Part shown: in pieces, positions 1-10,810 of the stretch
Position numbering within the stretch: the stretch's first letter is position 1
Layout: each line of letters begins with the position of its first letter
From: Takakia lepidozioides
Taxonomy: Eukaryota > Plantae > Bryophyta
NCBI GenBank assembly: GCA_030704615.1
Contig: CM060732.1
Location: 124,001-188,000, forward strand
Length of the DNA stretch: 64,000 nt
Direction: 5' to 3'
Notes under the pieces: model-generated
The model's database searches: none
Told to the model about the DNA's origin: nothing
Seen by the model: only the letters and a program-made list of their open reading frames with translations
Made by a program: the position numbers and the translations under genes

Positions 1-2095
1 AATCATTCCCACTTCACATTCCCAACCCCCCCCCCCCCCCCCCCCCCTTCGTATTTATGTAGACTGCCGAGTGTATACGTTTCAGAAATTCAATGCTTCA
101 ATACATCAAACAAGTCAAAGATACTCAACTAGCTTTAAAAAAAAAAAAAAAAACACTTGTTCATTTTGCGGTATTATATGTCAAAAATACTGATAGTCTG
201 GTGAAAATATATGGTTGAAAATATAATAACATCCATCAAATGTTCATATAATTAAACCGATTAGCACACATTCATTATCGTATGTATATATATATATGGC
301 TTTGAAGCATCATACTTCAATGATTAACTATAATTTTAATGCAACATCACCATGGCTGGTGGTAAGACACTCGTGTAGAAGAGAAGAGATAATAAGAAGA
401 TTCCGGCCGAAGCTGGCGTAACTAAGAGCCACTTTGCCTTGCGGCTATTGCCCCTTAACATAGGTGGGCCCTATGTAAAAATCGAGGCCCAGGGGATACC
501 TTGGGGCAGATTGGGAGAACGGTAGTAGTGGTGAAGGGTGCCGCTTGGCACTCATGGGCCCATGGGCCCCATGGGTACCAGTGGTGCCTAGAGGCGTATG
601 AGGTGCCTAGGAAGCGGGAGGGAGACTGGATTCGAGTTTGTCGTTTGTTGGTGATGATTGCAATGAGGGATCGGAGCGCGGTTAGGTGTATGGCTTTGAA
701 ACATTTGTGAACAGATGTGATAGGGATTTGAAAATTATTTTGAAGGGTAGAGATGCTGGCATTATGGATGCCTCATCTGGTGCCAGCAGTTATGACAGTG
801 AGTGGGCCGGTGCCCCACCCTCGTCGGCGGATGCCAACGATTAATGGTGCGTATTTTTTACGTTTTTCTAGAATAGAGACGTTAGGGAAGCGGTCGTGGT
901 AGTATATGAATTCTATAAATTGTATGGTGATGATGGTGTAGGAGGGTAGGATTTTAACGGGGAGGCCCTGGACTATGAGGATGTCCGGGCATAGTTTAGC
1001 GGGGCATGTGCAGGACCCGCAAGGTTGACAGACATGGAAGGAGCCAAGTACGTACTGTATGGTCTGGAGGCCGACCCTGGTAGGTGCCAACGTTGATGAG
1101 TGTAAACCATCTGGTTGCACTACATTGTAAGAGAAGTGTGTGGATGTGCCATACGGTGTGATTATGACGAGCGATTCGCAACCCGTGGATGACAGGGTGT
1201 GGACATTCACTGAGAATACGAGGCCAGGTATCACGTTTAGCATGAAGGTGTGAGCAGAGTGGGCAGTGTGGGGATGGGAATAGGGTTGACCAGAAGGTGT
1301 GTTTGCGTTGATGGCCCATATATTGGGCGTATCTAAATTTGAGTGTTTGCCTTATTTTGTGCATTTAAGGTGGCTTTGGAGTTCCAGAAGTGGTTTGATA
1401 ATTTATGGTGCAGGACATTGGAAAGGGTCCATTTTTTGATATGAAGCTTGGTATGGCTGAGAGAGGTTGAGGCTTGTTTTTTGGCTTCTTTAGTGAGGGT
1501 TTTAAGGAGGTTGCGGATTGGACGAGGTGATGGAGGGTCAGGTACCGGGTAGATCATCTAAAAATGGTGTGCATGGCCGACGTGAATGAGGTAGACCGGT
1601 GGTTCAACTGAGGGTTTGGAGGCCCCCAGCTCGGCTAAGAGGGGCACTCGTGTATCAGCATGTCGGTCTGTGGTTTAAACACTTGTCATCTGTCTCTCTT
1701 ACCTTGGGGCTAATGCCTCCATGGCGAAGAAAGGGGTTTTTTTTTCCCCACCTCAAGGGCCAATTGCTTGGGCTGGTGTTTGTTTTGAATCTAAAAAGAA
1801 AAACAATAAGAAAAAAAAAAGATTGACCTACAGAATCATATTGAAGTTGGCACATATGTCAAAGTACTAAGTGATAAAAATGTGCCAATATGGCTATGTA
1901 CCTACATCAAACATGATACCACTGTAAGAGTATCAACGTATAAGAGTTTGATATATTAAATATCTATCAAACAGACATCCCAACTTCGACATGATACCTT
2001 TATAAGAGTATCGACAAAATATTATTTTCAATAATTCTCAAGATGGATGGTTGTTATCATTTCATCCAAACCCTTCAAAAACTTCACAGATTTGT
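1..2095 (-). repeat. Dispersed repeat copy, inverted relative to 9778-11112 and interrupted by the retroelement at 378-1644
   Basis: 1-130 is the reverse complement of ~10995-11112, ~210-377 of ~10235-10395, and 1645-2095 of ~9778-10245 (e.g. aatcattcccacttcaca vs tgtgaagtgggaatgatt). The copies are visibly diverged. Confidence 0.8.
378..1644 (-). mobile_element. 5'-truncated non-LTR retrotransposon with CCHC zinc knuckle and restriction-like endonuclease (R2/NeSL/Dualen-type), degenerate
   Basis: Minus-strand frames give CPLC..DTWPRILSEC..RIARHN, then CPDILIV..IEFIYYHDRFP..KRKKYAPL (PD-(D/E)xK-like). Direct repeat CACTCGTGTA at 368-377 and 1645-1654 (TSD); the uninterrupted site is at ~10235-10245. 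Pyrimidine-rich 3' tail. Confidence 0.8.
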
Positions 2096-2479
2096 GTTCC
2101 TAATAATAAATATGTATCCTCTTCCACATTGAACGACAAAGATTTTTGGGATTTAAGGACTTTTTGGATTGGGTAGCAGTTGTCTTTTTGGGTGGAGGTT
2201 AGGTAACAAGATCATGTCCAGTTGAAATCATTTTGCATCTGTCTCAGCTTTTGAATCGACTTTTCTATCAGGGGCCAATGGTTTTTTCAGCTTTGGGCCC
2301 ATGTCACCCATCTAACTTAGGGTAATGTTTTTTTTAGATTATATTTAAAGGAAACCTGGGAGTGCCTGCTTACATTTTAGACCCTTGAGAAGGGGAAAAA
2401 TCAACCCCTTTTAAGATAAGGCATTGGGCACACAAGGGGAAACGTCAACCCCAGACCAACCGGTCAGGACCAAAGTGGT

Positions 2480-2532
2480 ATGATTTGAACCCTGCAAGGG
2501 TGACACACAGTGCACTTATCCAACCGAGCTAC
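2480..2532 (-). repeat. tRNA-derived SINE-like head fragment
   Basis: Reverse complement reads GGTAGCTCGGTTGGATAAG...GGGTTCAAATC, i.e. A-box and B-box at tRNA-like spacing; no cloverleaf. Confidence 0.35.
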
Positions 2533-4934
2533 CAACCCTAGGTAGGTAACTTATGTGGCTCGTTTTTCTTTTCAAATAAAATACAATGTATGGGATAGAC
2601 CAAAATATATTGCTGAGGGAAAAATAACCTCACATGACAAGCCATGGAGGCTGAGAAAGGGGACACTGCCTTGGAAAAGATCTAAAAAAAAATCCTTAAA
2701 AAATAAAAAAAAATTGTGGCTCGTTTTTGATACAACAACTAGATTTGGATTATGAATGTTGTTTACATGATTTCTCTTTTATCTTTGTTTTTGATTGGTT
2801 TAGATTTCAAATTGTTTGGATTTTCATTTGTAATGTTTTCATGAAAAAAATATTGTTGTTTTTTTTAATGCATAAATTGTTCTGGCGTTCATAATTTATT
2901 TTGTCTTTATTTAAAGCATATCTTGCAATTTGAAGTGTTGCACATGCCCAAATTTTCGAGGTTTACTGTGGACATTAACATTTTGATATAATTCAGGATA
3001 ACGACCATATATCCGAAGATGCATTCTTGAAAAAAACGTTGTGCAGAGATTCCTTCTAGCTGATTAAACTCATACAACATAGTCTTGCAGGGCCTAAAAC
3101 TGGTATATTCACCATATATGTGGTGGTACATGTCCCAGTAGAGCATTGCCAGGCAAGTATTTGCCACTCATGGATATGAATTATGTCTGGTTAGGTTCTT
3201 GTGATCTGTGTGTATAAGAAGAACGATAAAAGTGGGGTGAGATAGATGGGTTAGTGGTCTTAAATGAACAAAGTTCCTAAGGTTGAATGTTTGGGCCTCT
3301 GGACTGCAGCAATATCAAACTAGCCACACTTTTGTCTGAACAATCTTTACACTATCTAGTATATAAACTTCACGAGCCCATGATAGAGTGAAACTACTCG
3401 TTTCACTTCAAACCTGCCAAATCACTCAAATACACTAGTCAGGACTGGATCCCCAAGTTCAAGTTGGAGGCACTTGAGAGATTGATGTGTGTTGATATCT
3501 CACATTTTTTGTCTACACATCGTTTAGTACCAGCACCACATTTAGGTAGACAACAATATTTTTCAACTACAAATGCAACAACAATGTGCACTAAAGAGGA
3601 CATTTCGCAAAGCATACAGGTGCCAACTTACGAGGGGCTGAATGGTGCTAAGATGGCGACGCATAGCGGATACGATTCAAGGTCTACAAATTGAAAACCC
3701 CGATCTGTCCCTCTTAGTCTTATTTAGACGCGAAATCTCATTTGAAACCTTCTCTAGGCCACAGACCCAGCTTCGAGCTTCCACGGGGCATGATGAATAT
3801 CTTATTCTACCTGTAAGAAAAATATGACATAATATAATCCGACTTTTACAAAAGGCTCCAATGCACTTCCATTCAGTGTAAAGACTTGCTCCGTTTACTA
3901 GTTTGGATGGTAAAGAGTGAGGCTGCATTATATTTTGTCATACCCAAGAGGATTAATTGGTTGCATGCTTGGAATATGATAAACTACAGGCTGGTCCATC
4001 AAGATGCTTGTGTATACATATCTTGGATCTGTAATGTGGCAAGTTGTTCTTACATGCCCATGATATCTTGCATGATGCATATCTTGGGATAATTACGGAT
4101 GATATAATCTGAGGCTGCAATTTAACTTGTATTGTGCAAGAGGGTCACTTGGGTACATGTCAGGAATCTAAAAAACCCTACACACTCGTGGGCGAACATT
4201 AAAAAATGATTTTCTTTTCTCCCCATGGTTTTCAGAGTCTATGAAAACAACCATCAAGTCTGTACCAACAACCATCAAGTCTGTACCAACGCTACCCAAA
4301 ACAACCAACCACCCATCAAGGCACCTACATCTCGGAAAAACTGCAAGTAAATCCATAGATACCTTCACAAGTAGGATTGTAGAACGTTGCAAGACAATCT
4401 CAGACAGTATTGAATGAGATGCTTCCAGCAACTATAAGATACCGTGAATCAATCAGCTTCCTTCCATTAAAGGAGCCTCCATGCGGCCTGCATGCATTGC
4501 CTTGAGCTCATTCCAAAGAAGCCCCTACTCTACAATGTTACATCTCTCGGAAACCCATCTTCTCATTATTTGCCCTCAATTTCCCCTTCCATTTGTCTGC
4601 TTTGCCAGAAACAGATTGGAGAAAAATTTCCATGGATAACTACTACAAAATCCAACAATCAGAACAGACTCTCATGCCAAACTAATGCAGGCCATCCTTT
4701 ATCATGCCATCCAGCACGTCATCTTCCTTCCTTCCTGCGTACCATCAGTGGTTTACCGCTTAACAGGTTACTATCTGGTGAAGTCCCTTTGTAGATGAAA
4801 TTCTTCACACATCAGTACATGCAGTAGCCTTATGGCCATTGATCCCACAGGATACAATGCGTTGTACCCAATGCGTTGTGGGCAAAGCAACAAGGGTGCC
4901 GATGATTGCTACCATTGTGACTAGCTGGCCAACC

Positions 4935-6542
4935 TGTAATGCATCAGCCACCTTCCTATTTCGGCCCCCAACTGTCATAATCCCACAGACTTGTCATATG
5001 TATGGACACAAACAACAGGATTAAATAAGTGAAGACTCAATCCCTAGAGGACATTTTACCCAAGCTGGTCAAGAATGAGTTATGGTTGCAAATGGGTATG
5101 CTTGGGCTATGTCATCTGTCAGGTTAGGTTACCTGTACAGTGCAGACCTTGTGTCTGTTTCATCGGCTGTGATGTGTTTCCATACAACTGTAGTATGCCT
5201 ATAATAGACTATTTTGTAGACTCCGGCGTGGTCTATTTGATCCAGGCCTTCTATTATGAGTGATGCTACAAGTGAATGGTTCCCTTAGAATACAGACAGT
5301 TAGGACACACCAGCCTAGCTTGTCCACTTCACATTTTCACAGCCTCTGGTTGCATTTGACTACTCAGCCCATTGTTACACTATTCCACACAAGAGCTGCA
5401 GCAACTAGGCCATAACTATGTCTCATTCTGGCAGATGCCACAATCAAGTCCAACCCCATTTTTGCGAGACAAAGTGTTGTATGTGAGAAATGGAGAAGGA
5501 AGAATGAATTACAGCAGGTGGTGATGAGGTCTGCAACACCACAGCTCTCAAAGAAAGTGGCATCCTTGACTGATGGAAAAAGAAGCTTGGACAATTTTCG
5601 CATCTCAAGCAGTCCTATCCGCATGATTGCTGCCTGCAGCTCCTCACAAGCCCATGCCATCAACCATCATCAGCTCAGCAAGCAGTGTAGATTGTTTACC
5701 ATTTTGAACCCCTCTCTTGACTTCCAATCAAAGTGTTTGCCCATCAGGCGTGGATGTTTCTTTTCTAGACCTTGAGCTGAACACTTCCCATTCTGTCGGC
5801 ACCCATGTTGGGCAATCTGACAGGTTAACTGTCCGGTTATGGGGCCCTTAGTTATTCCAGGACTAGTGGTTAAAAGTACTATTAGTGCACCTTGCTGTTG
5901 TTGCGCATGTCCAAGCCATCCACAAGGCCTGCAGAAACCCACAATCCCATCATCAGGTTAGTACGACTGGTAGCAAAACATTTCACTCCAGTTGTATTTG
6001 CCAAACGCAATCTAACCGCTGTCAGTAGATGTCCACTGTAGACATACTTTCTCTAGTCACTCAAGGTAAAGTCCTAGCCATCGAAGATATAGACATCCTC
6101 AGGCACCCAAGATATACCAGCTGCTATGGCCACCACATTCTTCAGTGTCCCACACAGCTCCACGCCTTCTACATCTTGCACCTGCAACTCAGCAATTGGT
6201 TTCCAATAAGAATGTGATGTTGCATGGACATTATACTCCCCCCAGCAACCATAATAGGGCATTGCTGCGAGATGCCAGGATTTCACAACAGGCCCCAGCT
6301 CTATACTCAATCCAAGCTCACTCTAAGTGGAGACTATCAACAAAACTCAAATGTGTTTTCACAGCTCCTACACAAATAGTGAACAGTAACAATTAAAGAA
6401 GAAAGCCCAAAGATTCAGGTCTCAAGGAACTCACGGCGGTGACTTGGAAGTAAGGTGTGCCAAAGATTTTGACCCACTTGTCTGCTGTGCTTTTCTCTGA
6501 CCTCTACCCCACAGTTGCTTCACTAAACTTCTCCACAGCCAC
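4935..6542 (-). pseudogene. GPDH: NAD-dependent glycerol-3-phosphate dehydrogenase, internal gene fragment (5 exons with introns)
   Basis: GT-AG exons 6542-6435 (VAVEKFSEATVG*R..FGTPYFQV), 6181-6118 (VQDVEGVELCGTLKNVVAIAAG), 5928-5891 (LVDGLDMRNNSK), 5633-5513 (AAIMRIGLLEM..ESCGVADLITTC) and from 4971 (FGGRNRKVADA). In-frame TAG at 6504-6506. N-terminal exons not found. Confidence 0.88.
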
Positions 6543-6834
6543 CTGCACAAGCACAGACTGTGTTCAGAGTTGTGGACACATTGATAGGAAGCTGAATATT
6601 GAAACCATGAAGACAAGCTGTGGCTCCCACATATCTGTGTTCTTTGACAATACTGCAGAGCTTGGAAGGAAGCCTAAATAGGGACGTAGTTCCCAGTGAA
6701 CAAATCCTACATGGGAGACTCTTTGTGAACTAGTAAAGCCAGATTTAAATCAAGACTCAATTCCAGTTACTGACAAAGATAGCCTATGTTGCAGGTACCA
6801 CCCACAGAAATCTTAAAAGTCGCAAAAAGTCTAT

Positions 6835-7260
6835 ACCTCATAGGCGTCCAAGGCCTCCATTGCATGCCCCTTGCTAAGCATATCCAGCGATCATTGTGTT
6901 CCACAACTCCACATCTCGTTCAGCCATATTTGGCATACACGCCCACCAAAGAACTTTTCAAAATGACATGTATGTTGTACAATTCCAACTTCAATGTGTC
7001 ACTGTAAACGGCTGTAAACCTCTTCGCCCTTTTCCAGGCTGCCAGGCATGCGCATACTGCATTGAGACAAATGAACATGAGGTCCCTGGTTGGGGTAATT
7101 CATAACGGCAGTGCTTAGATTACCAAACATGGTAAAATCCAGCTCCGACGATGTCACCATGAACCTCTCGCCCATGCTGCCAGGCTTGCACATGCATTGC
7201 AAACACAAATGAACGTGACCAGGTTGGGCTTCAGGGAAGTGTTCACAGTGACATCTAGAA
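6835..7260 (-). pseudogene. PLS-class pentatricopeptide repeat fragment
   Basis: Reverse complement gives SSLVGVYAK..MAERDVELWNTMIAGYA*QGHAMEALDAY and PDQ/GHVHL-type L-motif remnants, with stops and frameshifts. Confidence 0.7.
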
Positions 7261-8389
7261 CAATTCCAGCTTTGACGATAGCAACATGAATTTGGTTGTC
7301 CTTTTGTAGGGCTGCCAGCTGCTGCTTCTCCTAGCAACAAAATAAAAGAAAAATAAAACGAGGGGCTGAGAGCAGCAGCAGCTGCTGCTGTCTCCCTCCC
7401 TTGGCTCACTAGGCAAAGACAAGGGGAGGGAGACAGCAACTGCTGCCCTCAGCTACCAAGTACAAAAATAAATAAACAAAATTTGGGGGTGGGGAAGGGG
7501 GGGTGTGGAGGGGTGGGTGAGGTAAGTAGCTGCTACTTATGTCTCCCAGCGACAAAACAAGACAAAAAAGTAAGAGTGGCAACAGCTGCTACTGTCCCCC
7601 TCCCTCAGCTTACTCAGCATTGTGCTGAGACGGGAACTTCATGTAGACTGCTATACTATGAAAATTGACAAAGATCTCAAAACGACAATCAATGCAAAGA
7701 TATTAACCAGCTTGTAAAGGCTGAGAATTTAGTTTATTGGAAAAAGTTGTACCAAGACATTAACTTGAACCACCATGGTGGTAATGATAAGAGATTCCAT
7801 TGGCCTTACAGAGTTTGTACAGGCCGTAGAATGGCTAGCACAGGCAACCTGAAGACAATCTCCATTTTGTAATACATTGTCCATGCTATTCTCACCAGAG
7901 AATGATCCTCTTCAGGAATATGAAGGACTGCACATCCATTCACCAACTTTGAAAATCTTCAGACTGAGCCTAGAGCCCTTATCTTCTGGGGTCTAATTGT
8001 TGGGCAGTCCACACACAACAAGTTGATTCTTATGTGGAGGGCTTTCTAGAGGAAATGTAAAAAGGTTGAACAAAATGCTGGTGGCAGGGTCTATGGCCAC
8101 AAGGTTATGACAAACCACATCGATGAGTACATTCTCTCCCTCCCTCCCCCATATGTTTCTAAACCAAATCCCCTAACCCCCAACCCCTTTGCTGCTCTCT
8201 CCTACACCTTGATAACTGACGTGCAGTCAGCAGGGTAAGAGAGAGGAGCAAGGGGGGAGAGGGAAAGAGAAAATACGAAAGGGGCTGGCTACTCCCTGCC
8301 CCTGATGAGCAGCACAAGGGAGAGGGAGAGACGGCCAGCCGCAGGGGGAGATTCATAAACAAACGTAAACGAATCTGACCTGGTCTGGT

Positions 8390-9110
8390 CTAGCAAACGA
8401 ATCTGGTGTTTTGACAACGTTACCATGGACCTGCCTATTTCTATTGCTTCCAGGATCGCACATGCATTACGAACACAAACGAACATGACCTGGTCAAGCT
8501 TCAACCTTTCCGGCATCATAATTTTCTTGTTCATAGGCACAATCAGCCATCTCCACATTGCATTAGATTCTGTACGCACCGAGCAAGGCCCTCCAAACCA
8601 CACCCATATTGCATATATCTTGCAATCATAGTACTGTATGCACCATATCTCGCTTGAACTACATATTGTGAAAGGCTTACATGTCCACAAGGGTACTGGT
8701 GAGATGGACACCTGGCACAATCCCAGCTTTGACAACGTCACCCCATGGACCTCTTTGCCCTTTTCTAGGACTGCCTGCAGGCTCGCCCACGCATTACACC
8801 TGGTTCAATCCCAGCTTTGACAACGTCACCCCATGGACCTCTTTGCTCTTTTGTAGGACTGCTGCAGGCTCACAAACGCATTACAAACATGACCTGGTCC
8901 AGCTTCAATCCTTCCTGCATCTATTGCTGATCATAGGTCTCAAAAGCCTCCATCCCGCGCCCTGTTGTGCATGCCCTACAATTATCACGTTCCACAACAC
9001 CACATCTTGTTTAGCCATATTGTCGAACATGCTCTTCGCATCCTCAAATTTCAATGCTTGAACATTTGGCATACATTTAAGGCAGTGTTCAGGAATGCTC
9101 TCAGGGAAGA
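8390..9110 (-). pseudogene. PLS-class pentatricopeptide repeat fragment with an internal ~100-bp tandem duplication
   Basis: EDAKSMFDNMAKQDVVLWNVIIVGHAQQG..EGLKLDQVMFV..KEVHG motifs, frameshifted. ~8710-8810 is duplicated at ~8800-8900. Confidence 0.72.
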
Positions 9111-10584
9111 TGTGACCTCCTTCAGCATGCCCTACCTGCTACTGCTGACCATGTCGTAGGTAGGGACTACAATTGAACGTAATCGGCATATGCATTGCAA
9201 CTGCCCAGGTAGCCACCCAGAATAGCAACATCGTCCTGAAATGGTACAAAAAATCACTGTTGTTAGAGAATGCAGGAAAAATGTACTCGTAAGACGTTGT
9301 TTGCCGTAGCGTTGTCCGAGGTATGTCTGTCTCTTCGCATCCTGCGCTCAATTTGAGTGGAACACAAAGGGACAGAAACTACCTTTGTCATTCGCTGACA
9401 GCGGTAGTATGACTTACCTTGTCCGAGTTTTCCAGATATCCTCTTCAGACAAGTGTGTGTGGTTTGCCCAATAAGTAGGCCCCAAAAGGGCCTGGGCTTT
9501 TGGCTCAGCCTCGAGACTTTCAAAGTTGGTAAACGGAGGTTTAGGCACAATTCCCTTGATGGATTTGAAGAGGGCCTCTGTCTCTCATGAGAGTACCCAG
9601 GACAATGAATCAGAAAATGAATATTGTCTTCAATTAATTTACCCCAGTTTGCAAATGTATTTCAAAATTGCATGGAGAAAATGGTTTGACCACAAAATTC
9701 GACCAGTAGAATAATCCCAACATCCCAACAATCTTTGTCGTTGAATCAGATAGGAGATGAATTTTTATTTCCACGCAACTAAATCTGTGTGGTTTTGAAG
9801 GGTGTGGATGACAGGATATGAACCATCCATCTTGAGAATGATTGAAAATAACAATAGATACTCTTGCAAAGGTATCATATTGAAATTGGGATGTGTGTTT
9901 GATAGGGGTTTAATATATGAAACTCTTATAAGTTGATACTCTTATAGTGGTATCATGTTTGGTATATGTACATAGCCATATTGGCACATTTTTATCAGTT
10001 ACCATTCTGACATGTGTGTGTCAAATTTGATATGATTATTTTGTAGGTCAGCATTTTTATTTTATTGTTTTCCGTTTGGTTTCAAAAGGAACACCAGCCC
10101 TAGCAAGAGGGCCTTGAGGGGGGGAACATAATCCCCCTTTCTTAGCCATGGAGGCATTATAAGGGTGGAGACCCAGCCCAAAGGTGAGAGAGGCAAATGA
10201 CAACTGTCAGAACCATATTAGACCGACAGACCAATACACGAGTGCCTAACCACCGGCCACAGTCATGTTGTGTTAAAATTATAGTTAATCACTGAAGTAT
10301 AAAATGTTTTAAAAGCCGTATATATGTATATGTGTGTGTGTTGAACGGTTTAATTTTAGGAATATTGGATGGATGTTATTATATTTTGAACCATTCCCAT
10401 ACATTGAATGATGGTTTCTATTATAAATTTTTGCTAGTTTTTTAAAGTATTTGTACAGATATGAACCTTGCAACAAGGGTTACTTAAGTAATTTGGGGAT
10501 CTCAAGATTATTTATTTATTTTTAGTCCAACTCTTTTTTATTTTTTACCTCTTATAACAGGTGGACACCTTCATGACACACCAG

Positions 10585-10645
10585 ACGGTGGTTTGAACCC
10601 ACAACCACATCCAACGTGGTATGTGCCCATTACCACTGGGCTACA
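10585..10645 (-). repeat. tRNA-derived SINE-like head
   Basis: Reverse complement GTAGCCCAGTGGTAATGGGC...GTGGGTTCAAACC (A-box and B-box). Confidence 0.4.
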
Positions 10646-10774
10646 TGCTGGTTGTTACTCAAGATTAGTGTGAACAGAATACATAGATTTGGATTGTTTT
10701 ATTTTAAAACTTTTAAATTAAATGTGCAAGTAGTGATGTTGCATTCTTGTTCAGATTGGAAGGGGTATCAAAAA

Positions 10775-10779
<5 letters not shown>

Positions 10780-10808
<29 letters not shown>
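10780..10808. repeat. (TA)n microsatellite
   Basis: Perfect TA run of about 14 units. Confidence 0.9.
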
Positions 10809-10810
<2 letters not shown>

